Shown here piece after piece: positions 1-8,916 of a DNA stretch of 64,000 nucleotides; the stretch's first letter is position 1, and every line of letters starts with the position of its first letter. The notes beneath the pieces are model-generated. The model was not told the origin of the DNA. It saw only the letters and a list, made by a program, of their open reading frames with translations, and searched no databases. The position numbers were made by a program, and so were the translations under genes. This DNA comes from Pseudomonadota bacterium (GTDB lineage: Bacteria > Myxococcota > JACRCW01 > JAFGSX01), in NCBI GenBank assembly GCA_043821645.1, contig JBDRCO010000108.1:1-64000 (forward strand), given 5' to 3'.

Positions 1-1
1 C

Positions 2-280
2 CAGGCAGCCCGCACTATTGCCGAGCGCGGAGTTCAACTGGTTGGCACCGCCCACGGTAACACGCTGGAAAACCTGATGATGAACCCCACCCTTGCCGAC
101 CTCATCGGTGGTATCCAGACGGTTACCCTGGGTGATGAAGAGGCAAAACGGAGAGGCACGCAGAAGTCCATACTGGAACGTACAGCGCCGCCTACCTTTT
201 ATATCGTTGTTGAAATTCAGGACCGGGACAGGGTAGCTATTCATCCCGATGTGAGCGAAGCGGTTGACGCTACCCTGCGC
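2..280 (+). CDS. Fragment of a Ycf45/SpoIIIAA-like AAA+ ATPase (5' truncated; reading frame degenerates after ~nt 280)
   Basis: Frame from nt 2 reads [66 protein letters not shown], typical of the Ycf45-like family. Codons are less GC3-rich than in the rest of the window. Confidence 0.75.
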
Positions 281-683
281 AGACGCCCTGCTCGAGGTGC
301 TGCAGCAGCACCAGGTGCGCAGCAACTTCGTGGCCTGGCGCGCCGACGGGGGTGCGGGCCGCATCGAGATCTGGTGCGCCCGGGACAACCTGCACGACGA
401 GGCAGACCTGCGCGCGGCCCTGCAGCGCGTCACCCCGGACCTGACCATCGCCGACGACAGGAGCGCGGTGTCGCTCATCGGCGAGGGCATCATGGACGAT
501 CCGCGGCACCTGCAGCAGGCCCTGGCCACCCTGACCGAGCTGGGCACGCCGGTGCACGCCCTGTCCACCTCGTCCTTTCGCATCAGCCTGCTCCTCGACG
601 GCGAGCGGGTCGCCGAGGCGGTGCGCGCCCTGCACCACCGCTTCATCGACGCCCTGCCGCTCGAGGTGAGCCCGGACCTCTAG
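279..683 (+). CDS. lysC: C-terminal ACT domains of an aspartate kinase (N-terminal kinase domain absent)
   Basis: [14 protein letters not shown]...[13 protein letters not shown]....[11 protein letters not shown] resembles the aspartokinase second ACT domain (VSIVG.GM...P...STSEI.IS.....AVRALH..F). Confidence 0.65.
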   Translation, partial: ADALLEVLQQHQVRSNFVAWRADGGAGRIEIWCARDNLHDEADLRAALQRVTPDLTIADDRSAVSLIGEGIMDDPRHLQQALATLTELGTPVHALSTSSFRISLLLDGERVAEAVRALHHRFIDALPLEVSPDL

Positions 684-686
684 CCC

Positions 687-1664
687 ATGCGCCTGCCGTC
701 GCCGACACACATCCTGCTGTCCATCGTGGCCTGCGCCCTGCTCCTGCCAGGCTGTCGCCGCCCCGTGCTCGAGCTGTCCCCGGCCCTGGCGGGCCAGCAG
801 CTCGACGACCTGGCGCGCCGCAGCGGGTTGGTGTTGCTGGCGCCCCCACCCAAGCGCCGCGAGGTCCTGACCGGCCTCGTCGACGAGCTGCAGACCCTGA
901 CACCGCTGCTGCAAGAATCCTCGCGCCAGACCACCGCGCGGGTGCTGCGCGCTCGCCTGGCCTGGGAGCTCGAGGCACCGGCCAGTGCGAACGACAGCCG
1001 CCCTGCCGACGACGCTGCGAGCTTTGCGCGCCGCCTGGCGGCCGGGGGCCTCAACGACACCTCCATGGCCTCGCTGCAGGCGCGGGTGCTGGCGCTGCTC
1101 GGCCTGGCCCGGGCCCGGCCGCAGGGAGCCGCCCCGGCGAGCGTGCAGCCCTGGGCCAGCTACCCCGAGCTCACCACCGGGCTCCCGGCCTGGCAGCTCG
1201 CCCTGCAGACAGCACTGCTGCGGGAGGGGTGGAGGACCCTGGGCGAGGCCAGAAGCGCACCGAGAAAGGACCCACAGGCTCAGAACGAGGTGCCCAACCC
1301 CGAGCTGCTGGCCTGCGCCAGTGCCCTGGTCGACCTGGGCCTGCACGGGCTCGGCATCTCGCGCGCGCAGGCGGCCTCCGTGCTGCGCGGACACACCGCC
1401 CTCGACGACACCAGCATACAGCGCGCCCTGGACAGCATCGTGGCGCACCCTGGCCTGGCGACCGTCTCCGTGCTCGGGGCGCAGGCCCTGGCGGCGGGCT
1501 TCGAGACGCTGCGCGCCGAGGACCCGAGCTGGACCCTGCCGCGCTACGGTGCCCTGGTGCTCATGCACAGCCCGCTGGATGAACAGGGTCTGCAGGCCCT
1601 GCTGCAGCAGCTGCTGCGCACTGCGCAGACCCGGCACACCGAGGACGCGCAGGTGGGCGATTGA
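687..1664 (+). CDS. Lipoprotein with a degenerate DUF885-like C-terminal region
   Basis: Lipobox LLLPGC. The segment [14 protein letters not shown]...L...T.....I...L..I...PG.A...VLG resembles the DUF885 C-terminus. Confidence 0.5.
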   Translation: MRLPSPTHILLSIVACALLLPGCRRPVLELSPALAGQQLDDLARRSGLVLLAPPPKRREVLTGLVDELQTLTPLLQESSRQTTARVLRARLAWELEAPASANDSRPADDAASFARRLAAGGLNDTSMASLQARVLALLGLARARPQGAAPASVQPWASYPELTTGLPAWQLALQTALLREGWRTLGEARSAPRKDPQAQNEVPNPELLACASALVDLGLHGLGISRAQAASVLRGHTALDDTSIQRALDSIVAHPGLATVSVLGAQALAAGFETLRAEDPSWTLPRYGALVLMHSPLDEQGLQALLQQLLRTAQTRHTEDAQVGD

Positions 1665-1670
1665 AGCTGT

Positions 1671-3056
1671 CTAGAAACGCAGCGTGATGCCCACGCCGGC
1701 GGCGGGCTCCCAGGGCCGTGACGTCGGCAGCAGCGCCGGTCCCATGGCCACCACCTCGGGCAGCTGCGGCAGCTCCAGCCCCTCGAGGGCACGCCGGCCG
1801 AAGTAGGCGGCGCTCAAGCCGACGGCACCACCGATCACGGTACCCGCCATCATGCTGCCAAAGCCCAGCGCTGGATTGGGCGCGTTGAGAGCGACCGCCA
1901 GCGCCGCTGACGAGGCCAGACCCAGGGCCGCGCCAAGGTCCAGGGCCCAGGTCTCGGGGCGCGACAGCGGCACCCAGGGCGAGGCCACCAGGCCACCGAG
2001 CCACATCGCGTTGATGGCGCCGGAGACCAGCAACACCGCGGGCGCGAACTCGAGCTGGGCGCCCACCGCGAAATAGCCCAGGGTCGCCAGCACACCCGTC
2101 CACAGCGCTGCGCTGTTGGCCAGGGCCACGCCTCCTTCGGGCAGGTCCACCACCGTCGCGGCGGCGATGGCGGCACCGGGCAGCAGGCCCGACAGCACGA
2201 ACATGCCACCGGGGACCAGGAACACCTGCTGCTGCGTCAGCCAGCTCGCCGTGCCCGAGAGCATTCCCCAGGCGATGGCGTCGAACACGCCCATCCACAG
2301 CGCCGAGCGAATCAGGTTGGCATCGCCCGCGCTCAGCTCCTCGACACCGACGCTGGCGAAGCTCGCCAGGGCCAGACCCGCTGCCCCGGTGGCGACGGGA
2401 AACAGCAGCGCCCCGGACAGCAGGGCCGCGGCCGTGAACGGGTCCAGGGCGATACCGAGCTGGGCCTGGCTGATCAGGGTGGCCGCCGAGATCTCACCCA
2501 GGGCGCCGAACCAGATGCCGAACAGGCCCGACCACAGCACCAGCTCCGCCTTGCCCGAGCTCACGATGTGACCGAAGCCCGCCTGCGCGGTCTCTTCCGG
2601 CTGGCTCTCGCGACGCTGCCTGGCCTCGATGTCGTCGGCGACTCCCGCCAGGGCCGCAGCCACCCGCACGTCGCGCCCTCGCTGTGCCGTCAGCGCGGCC
2701 TCGCGGTAGCAGCGCGCCGCTGCCGACGCATCCCCCCCACCCAGCATGCCGTGGCAGGTCTTCAGCTGCAGCTCGGAGCGTGGCAGATCCTCGTCGTCCT
2801 GTGCTGGACCCAGCGGACGGCGCTGGCTGGCAGGTGCGGACGCGGGCTCGGACGCGGGCTCGCGGGGCGTCGGAGTCGGCTCCCCCTCGGCCGACGCCGT
2901 GGACGCCTGCTCGGTCGCGGGGAGGGTCTGTGGAGCGCGGGGCGCGGGCTGCGGCGCTGCAGCGGGCACGGCCGCGGAGGGCACGTCCTCGCCCGGACCG
3001 AACTGGGCAGGCACCGCCACGGTCACCAAGGTCAGCAGCAGGGTCGTCGTGATCAT
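1671..3056 (-). CDS. Exported multi-pass membrane protein, paralogue of the adjacent gene
   Basis: Signal peptide, Pro/Ala linker, short Cys-containing helical region, many Gly/Ala-rich hydrophobic segments, C-terminal ...GITLRF. Confidence 0.7.
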   Translation of the reverse strand: MITTTLLLTLVTVAVPAQFGPGEDVPSAAVPAAAPQPAPRAPQTLPATEQASTASAEGEPTPTPREPASEPASAPASQRRPLGPAQDDEDLPRSELQLKTCHGMLGGGDASAAARCYREAALTAQRGRDVRVAAALAGVADDIEARQRRESQPEETAQAGFGHIVSSGKAELVLWSGLFGIWFGALGEISAATLISQAQLGIALDPFTAAALLSGALLFPVATGAAGLALASFASVGVEELSAGDANLIRSALWMGVFDAIAWGMLSGTASWLTQQQVFLVPGGMFVLSGLLPGAAIAAATVVDLPEGGVALANSAALWTGVLATLGYFAVGAQLEFAPAVLLVSGAINAMWLGGLVASPWVPLSRPETWALDLGAALGLASSAALAVALNAPNPALGFGSMMAGTVIGGAVGLSAAYFGRRALEGLELPQLPEVVAMGPALLPTSRPWEPAAGVGITLRF

Positions 3057-3063
3057 GGTCGCC

Positions 3064-4308
3064 TCAGAACACGCCCACCAGGCTCAGGCCTGGCAGCAGC
3101 GTACCGTCGGGTCGTCCGCTGTCGAGCAGTGCCGGCAGCACGGCGGTGCGCTCGAAGGGACCCCAGTCCGGGAGCGTGCCCTCCACCGCGCCGGCCACCA
3201 GGAAACTCGCCACCACCCCGGCGGCCACCCCGGTGCCTGTGCCCACGCCCATGACGCCGATGAGCAAAGGAGCCGGCACGTCGCTCACCGCGAGGATGGG
3301 CGTCAGACCCAGGGACACCAGCAGGCCCAGCACCCCGCCGACCTCGACCAGCCAGGTGGCAGGCCGTGGCAGCCGGATCAAGGGCGACAGCGCCAGCACC
3401 AGATCGTAGCTGAGCAGCGACGAGGCCAGGGGCACCATCACCATGCCGACCGGGGTGCGCGGCTGCTCCAGCATGGCCATGAAGAACAGCGGCAAGATCC
3501 CTCCCCACAGCGCCGCGCTGTTGGCCAGACCCACGTCGCCCGGATCCACGTGCAGGAAGGGGGCGGTGAGCGCCGCCGTGGTGGTGGCCACGGCGCTGGT
3601 GCCGAGCACCAGGGCAAAGCGCCAGGGCGTGCGATGTGCCTCCAGCCCCTGGTCGGCGTGGGCCATCTCGTACACACCCTGCGCCAGCGTGCCGTACACC
3701 GTCCCCCACAGCATGGCCGAGCTGATCTGGGCGGCGTCCCCGGCCTCGGGGTGCAGCCACTGCCAGGCTGCGGTGGACAGGGCCAGGCCCGCCACCGCCC
3801 CCACCACCGGGAAGGTGATCAGCGCCGGCAGCGAGTCGGCCTCGGAGGTGCGCAGCGCGCTCACCAGCGCACCGGTGGCGACGAAACCGGCCGTCGCGCC
3901 ATACAGCGTGGAGCCAAGCATCAGCTCGGGCGCACCGCTGAGCACGAACGCGCTCACCGAGAAGGCGGGGAGCTGCTCGACCAGCGGCGTCCGCGCGTCA
4001 GCCCGCCGCTCGCCGGGCTGCGGCCCGACGGCGGATCCTGTGCCCGACTCGGTGCCCTCTTTGCGGTCGCCCTGCTCCATCCGCACCGCCAGCTCGAGCA
4101 AGGACTCGGCCAGCTCCACCTCGCGACGATCCGGGCAGTCCGCCAGGAACTGCTCCAGGCAGCTGCGCGCGGCGCTGCCCTTGTTCTCGACCAGCAGCGC
4201 GCGACAGTCGGCCAGCCACACGCGACAGGCCGCGGGATCGGCCGCCTGGCCGGTCGTGGCGGCATGCCAGGGACTCAAGGCAAGCGCGGTGAGCAGCGCC
4301 GGGACCAT
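3064..4308 (-). CDS. Exported multi-pass membrane protein, paralogue of 1671-3056
   Basis: Shares the motifs SG.(A/P)EL, AGDA..I.SA, G.V.LANSAALW and RP.TW with 1671-3056; C-terminal ...LVGVF. Confidence 0.7.
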   Translation of the reverse strand: MVPALLTALALSPWHAATTGQAADPAACRVWLADCRALLVENKGSAARSCLEQFLADCPDRREVELAESLLELAVRMEQGDRKEGTESGTGSAVGPQPGERRADARTPLVEQLPAFSVSAFVLSGAPELMLGSTLYGATAGFVATGALVSALRTSEADSLPALITFPVVGAVAGLALSTAAWQWLHPEAGDAAQISSAMLWGTVYGTLAQGVYEMAHADQGLEAHRTPWRFALVLGTSAVATTTAALTAPFLHVDPGDVGLANSAALWGGILPLFFMAMLEQPRTPVGMVMVPLASSLLSYDLVLALSPLIRLPRPATWLVEVGGVLGLLVSLGLTPILAVSDVPAPLLIGVMGVGTGTGVAAGVVASFLVAGAVEGTLPDWGPFERTAVLPALLDSGRPDGTLLPGLSLVGVF

Positions 4309-4398
4309 GTCAGGACCCCCTGTGGCAGAGCAGATCGGTGGCGAACTCTAGCACGGTCAGCAACGCGAGAAACCGCAACCCACCCGGCAGGGCGAGGT

Positions 4399-6450
4399 CT
4401 ACAGCGGCAGGTTGGTGTCCGGGCACAGCGGGTCGCCGGCAGACAGGAAGGGCACGCGGGCGACCTCGGGCAAGCCCGGCACGATCTCGGCGACGCTGAC
4501 ACCACCCGTCGACACCGCGTACACGTAGGCGCCGTTGTCGTCGGCGATCATGACGCTGCGCCGCACGTCGATGCAGGACGAGGTCCACTGGTCCAGGGAG
4601 CTGTCGTCGAACAGATCGCGCTGCTCGACGCGGCCGAGCTCGGTGAAGCCCTGCTCCGCGTCGACCCGGAACACCTCGAGCCCCGTCGAGCTGAGGCCCC
4701 ACCAGCCGTTCATGCTGTCGAACTGGGTGAGCTGCACGGGGATACCCAGGGCCTTGTGCGCCGGGAAGTAGTTGAAGGCGTGGTGATCGGTGATGGCCTC
4801 GGACCAGGAGAAGCCGTCGCCGAAGCGATGGCGGTGCTTGAGCGAGGGGTGGTCCAGGTCCGCGACGTCAAAGATGCTCAGCGACAGCCCCAGGATGCGA
4901 TTGTTGCTGTCGGTGTCGATGCCAATGGTCAGCAGGTGGTCCTCGTCCAGGGGGTGGATGTAGGTGGAGTAGCCGTCCACCTGCAGCTCGCCGCGGATGC
5001 GCGGGTTCTCGGCGTCGGAGAGGTCGATGGCCCACAGCGGATCGAAGAAACCACCCGGCGGCAGCGGCGGCACCCAGGCCGAGAAGGTCTGGCCGGGATA
5101 GGTCACCACGTAGGCCACGTCGGCGAAGAAGCGCACCGCCTGCACGAACTCGCCGCGCCCGATGTCGTCGACGCGGCCGCGCTCGACCAGGCTGTCGCCC
5201 TCCTGCCCCAGCACCAGCAGGGACGAGGTCAGGCCATCGCGGTCCGAGGTGACGACCACGCGGAAGTGCTCGCCCTCCTCGTCCATCGAGAACTGGTTGT
5301 GGATCTCACCCTCGATGAGGCCGGTGGCGGCGTAGGTCGCGGCCTGGCCATCCTTGAAGGCCTCGAACTTGTGAATGCGGGTCTGGGCAAAGTCCGGGGT
5401 GAAGAAGCCGCTGTCGTTCCACTCGGTGGCGGCCAGGTAGACGCTCTTCTCCGAGGCGTAGATCTGCGACCAGGCGCTGACCACGGTGGTCGAGGCGATG
5501 GCGGCCTGGGGATCCCGGATCGACATGGTATGCACCAGCATCAGACTGCGGCCGTCGGTGGCCTCGGGGGCATAGGTGGTGTCGCAGGTGCAGGCGCGCT
5601 CGCGGCGGGGTGTGGCGTCGACACCGACGATCTGATCCTCGAGCCCGGGCAGAATGGCGTCGAGGCCCACGGTCGCCAGGCGCTCTCGGTTGACGTCGTC
5701 GCTGAAAGGTCCTGAGTCCAGACCGGGCCAGGCCAGCTGCGAGCTGGTGACCAGGATAACCTGCTCGCCCACCCGCCGCGCGTCCACGAAGCTGCCGTCG
5801 ATGCGCACGCGCCGGGCCAGGGCCGGAGCCCCGCGGTCGCGCACGTCGAACAGGCTGAGCACGGTACCGCCCGTCCACGGTGCCGAGGTATCGCCCTCGC
5901 GCACGGACTGCCAGCCACCGGTGAAGTCCGCCGCCACCACCAGCAGGTAGTTGTCGTCGAAGAACATGGTAAAGGGCGAGCCCAGGAAGGTCGAGCTGCC
6001 GGGCTGGGAATCGACCAGGATGTCGCTGACGACGTGGGTCTGCTCCGCCGGCCAGGCGTCGAGGATGACCAGGTGGCCGCGCCGCAGCACGAAGATGTGG
6101 TCGCCGTCATTCTTGACGAAGTCGGCCTCGTCGACGTTGACCTCCTGGGTGTTGGTGGTGGTGTAGACCTTGTTGCTGCCGACGTCGGAGGTGGTGCTGG
6201 CCTCGGTGCGCTCTTCGCCCGCGGAGGGGGGGGCCATGTCGGCCTGGGCGCAGCCGAAGAAAAAGAACCCACCCGAGCTGACCTGGGTCGCCACCTGCGG
6301 ATGCAGGATCTGATCGTGCAGGTAAGTCTGCATCTCCTCGCAGTCCTCGAACTTGTGCAGGGTCTCCGGGCGCGTGCAGTTGACCGAGAGCGCGAGCAGC
6401 CCGGCCGTGGTCAGGGTCAGGCGAACGAGGGCAGGGCGACGCAGCGGCAT
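4399..6450 (-). CDS. Secreted protein of the Beta_propel (beta-propeller domain) family
   Basis: TTNTQEVNVDEADFVKNDG, NQFSMDE, AVRF....AYVVTY, DPLWAIDLSD..NP.I.GEL.V.GYSTYIHP and SEA..DHHAF motifs. ATG at 6450 with a GGAGG RBS. Confidence 0.85.
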   Translation of the reverse strand: MPLRRPALVRLTLTTAGLLALSVNCTRPETLHKFEDCEEMQTYLHDQILHPQVATQVSSGGFFFFGCAQADMAPPSAGEERTEASTTSDVGSNKVYTTTNTQEVNVDEADFVKNDGDHIFVLRRGHLVILDAWPAEQTHVVSDILVDSQPGSSTFLGSPFTMFFDDNYLLVVAADFTGGWQSVREGDTSAPWTGGTVLSLFDVRDRGAPALARRVRIDGSFVDARRVGEQVILVTSSQLAWPGLDSGPFSDDVNRERLATVGLDAILPGLEDQIVGVDATPRRERACTCDTTYAPEATDGRSLMLVHTMSIRDPQAAIASTTVVSAWSQIYASEKSVYLAATEWNDSGFFTPDFAQTRIHKFEAFKDGQAATYAATGLIEGEIHNQFSMDEEGEHFRVVVTSDRDGLTSSLLVLGQEGDSLVERGRVDDIGRGEFVQAVRFFADVAYVVTYPGQTFSAWVPPLPPGGFFDPLWAIDLSDAENPRIRGELQVDGYSTYIHPLDEDHLLTIGIDTDSNNRILGLSLSIFDVADLDHPSLKHRHRFGDGFSWSEAITDHHAFNYFPAHKALGIPVQLTQFDSMNGWWGLSSTGLEVFRVDAEQGFTELGRVEQRDLFDDSSLDQWTSSCIDVRRSVMIADDNGAYVYAVSTGGVSVAEIVPGLPEVARVPFLSAGDPLCPDTNLPL

Positions 6451-6568
6451 GGGTCCTCCCGGGTTGTGCGGGGCCCTCGCCAGGCCCCTCAAACCAGCGC
6501 GTTCTCGGCCGCCCCGCGCCCCGCGGCGCTCGGCACGTCCTCATCGTCGGGCTGGCGTGCACAGAGAA

Positions 6569-6585
6569 AGCAAGCTGCGGGCCAG
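6569..6585 (-). promoter_or_regulatory. Putative sigma-54 (-24/-12) promoter for the beta-propeller/membrane protein cluster
   Basis: The minus strand reads CTGGCCCGCAGCTTGCT, close to the consensus YTGGCACG-N3-TTGCW, about 120 bp upstream of the ATG at 6450. Confidence 0.5.
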
Positions 6586-6767
6586 CCGCCGCAAAGGGCG
6601 ATTCTGGTCGAGATCTCGGGACCTCACAAGTCGCGACCGGTGGCAGATCCTGACACGACTGTCAGGGGGTGATGAGTAGAGTCGAGGGGTACCCCGCCTG
6701 GCCGGATCTTGCGCCTGCGGGGTCACCCCGGTACGCTCAAGCAGATTCAGCAACCTCCGGGCATGCC

Positions 6768-7940
6768 ATGCGAAGGCTCTCTCGAGTGACAGTGATCGTC
6801 GTGTGCCTTCTGCTCGGGGCGCTGCTCCAGGCCGCCGCCCCGAAACGGGTCGAGCAGCGCAGCGTGGCCATCCATCCCCTGCAACCCCTGGGCACGGAAC
6901 CGCAGATCGCACGCCGCCTCGAGGACCTGCTGCACGCCCAGGTGACCACCATCCCCGGCGTCAAGCTGCTCAGCCAGGACGCCATGAATGCCTTTCTGCT
7001 GGCCCAGCCCACCCCCTGCGACGGTGGCACGGCCTGCCTGGTCAAGCTGGGCGAGGCCTGTGGCGTGCAGAAGCTGGTCTACGGTACCGTGGCCTCGCTC
7101 GGCGACAGCTACGTGCTGGACCTCAAGCTCATCGACGTGGCCACGCGCAAGGAGGCCAACCGGCAGTCGGTCTCGCTGTCGGGCGAGCAGGCGGTCCTGA
7201 TCGACGGCATCCGCGCCGCCGCGGTGCAGCTCATCGCCAAGGAACTCTACGTCGGGTCCATCACCCTGCGCCTGGACAAGCCCGGCGCCCAGGTCTTCGT
7301 CGACGGCAAGCTGGTCGGCAGCACGCCGCTGCCACCCATCCCCGACCTCGAGCCCGGCAAGCACGCCCTCAAGATCGTGATGCCCGGCTACACCGACTTT
7401 GATCAGTTCGTCGACGTGCGCTTCGAGCGCACCACCCTGGTCAACATCTCGCTCAAGGGCACCAGCATCGACGCCACCGTCGAGGCCATCGAGGTACCCG
7501 CCGAGGGCAGCGCGCCTGCGCCGGTGCTGGTCGAGGCCGGTAGCGCCACCCCCCGCCAAGCTGGCCTGATGGAGTCTCCGCTGTTCCTGGCGGGTCTGGG
7601 GACGGCGATCGTGGGCGCTCTGGGCCTGGTCGGCGGAGGCTTCGCCATGATCGGGGCAGCGTCTTCGTTTCAGGCATTCAATGATCTGCACGCGGAGGAC
7701 CTTCAGACCGTCGAGGACCCGAGCTCCGACAAGAGCTACACGGTGCTCAAGGACGTCAGCGACGAGAGGAAGAACAGATTCGACAAGGACTACACCGCGC
7801 TCGTCGAGAACAACCTGCCCCTGTGGTACGGCGGTCAGATCGGCATGTTTCTCGGTGGCGCCCTGCTGCTGGGGGGCGCGGCCCTGATGGTGTGGGACGT
7901 GGTCTCGCGCCCGGCCGAAGTTGAGCTCGGCAGTCCCTGA
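6768..7940 (+). CDS. PEGA domain-containing exported/membrane protein
   Basis: Signal peptide, TolB_N/CsgG-like N-terminal region, PEGA motif GAQVFVDGKLVGSTPL....LEPGKH.L.I...GY, and two C-terminal hydrophobic helices. Confidence 0.85.
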   Translation: MRRLSRVTVIVVCLLLGALLQAAAPKRVEQRSVAIHPLQPLGTEPQIARRLEDLLHAQVTTIPGVKLLSQDAMNAFLLAQPTPCDGGTACLVKLGEACGVQKLVYGTVASLGDSYVLDLKLIDVATRKEANRQSVSLSGEQAVLIDGIRAAAVQLIAKELYVGSITLRLDKPGAQVFVDGKLVGSTPLPPIPDLEPGKHALKIVMPGYTDFDQFVDVRFERTTLVNISLKGTSIDATVEAIEVPAEGSAPAPVLVEAGSATPRQAGLMESPLFLAGLGTAIVGALGLVGGGFAMIGAASSFQAFNDLHAEDLQTVEDPSSDKSYTVLKDVSDERKNRFDKDYTALVENNLPLWYGGQIGMFLGGALLLGGAALMVWDVVSRPAEVELGSP

Positions 7941-8307
7941 GCCCGTGGCCCGTCGACGTCACAGCGCCGAGCACCGCGTCCACCCTGACCTTCCCGAGCA
8001 GCCCCAGCGCGCCTTCGACCAGGTCTACGCCCTGGTGCGCGACATCCCGGCGGGCCGGGTCATGACCTACGGCCAGATCTCACGCCTGTTGCTGCACCGC
8101 CTGTCGCCTGCGGCGGTGGGCTGGGCCCTGCACCGCTGCCCCGAGGACCTGCCCTGGCAGCGCGTGGTCAACACCCAGGGCGCGTGCTCCACGGAGAGGC
8201 TGGGCGAGTTCCCTCCGGGCTGGCAGCGCACCCTGCTCGAAAAGGAGGGTGTGCGCTTCGGCCCCGACGGCACGCTGGATCTCGAGCGCTATCGCCACCA
8301 GCCCTGA
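7921..8307 (+). CDS. Alkyltransferase-like protein (ATL/YbaZ, MGMT family)
   Basis: IPAGRVMTYGQI...AVGWAL...LPWQRVVN, with W in place of the catalytic Cys of PCHRV. Start uncertain (7921 or 7945). Confidence 0.85.
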   Translation: MSSAVPEPVARRRHSAEHRVHPDLPEQPQRAFDQVYALVRDIPAGRVMTYGQISRLLLHRLSPAAVGWALHRCPEDLPWQRVVNTQGACSTERLGEFPPGWQRTLLEKEGVRFGPDGTLDLERYRHQP

Positions 8308-8369
8308 GGCGGCAACACCTTGACCCCCTGGCCAGGGAATGCGTGAATCACGCCAGCGCGGAGGACACC

Positions 8370-8903
8370 ATGAGTGACGGCGGGCCGGCTCGGACCATGT
8401 TCGCGGCCAAGGCGATCGAGATGCACACCCTGTTTGCGGTGCGCTTCAAGGACACCCGGGTGGGCAGCAAGGTGCCACGGCGCGTGCTGGTGCAGGAGAT
8501 CGACGTCGAGACCACCGGCGGTGGCAAGCAGGCCAAGATGAACATCGCCCTGGTGCCCGAGGGTGGTGGTCCGTCGCTGGTCTGCGGCTGGCTCGACGCC
8601 GCCAACAACCGCGTGCGCCTGCGCAGCTTCGCCACCGTGACCAAGATCTTCAAGGCCCAGGCCAAGCACTTCTTCGACCTGCCCGAGGCCGAGTACCAGC
8701 ACTTCGTCGACGAGGCGCGTGAGTTCGTGACCAGCAACGGCTTCGCCTTCGATGTCTACGACGAGGACTCGCGCTACGGCAAGAACCACCCTGAGGTGTC
8801 CTCGCCGGCCAGCGCCTCCCCCAGCCGGATCTGGGCCCTGGTGGGGGCTGCGGTCATCGCCGCCGTCGCCGTGGGCCTCGTCCTCAAGCTCTTGATGCCC
8901 TGA
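8370..8903 (+). CDS. Hypothetical protein with a C-terminal membrane anchor
   Basis: GGAGG RBS before ATG 8370, coding-like codon usage, C-terminal TM helix. Confidence 0.7.
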   Translation: MSDGGPARTMFAAKAIEMHTLFAVRFKDTRVGSKVPRRVLVQEIDVETTGGGKQAKMNIALVPEGGGPSLVCGWLDAANNRVRLRSFATVTKIFKAQAKHFFDLPEAEYQHFVDEAREFVTSNGFAFDVYDEDSRYGKNHPEVSSPASASPSRIWALVGAAVIAAVAVGLVLKLLMP

Positions 8904-8916
8904 GCCCTGATTCGGA

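Noticed and set aside
77-1582. 501-aa ORF as a single gene
   Set aside because: Only the first ~68 codons are protein-like; the rest is an off-frame read of the aspartokinase tail and the lipoprotein gene.
2746-5715. 989-aa plus-strand ORF, and similar long Arg/Pro/Gly-rich ORFs such as 12272-14839 and 46391-48583
   Set aside because: They overlap well-supported opposite-strand genes and have shadow-frame composition.
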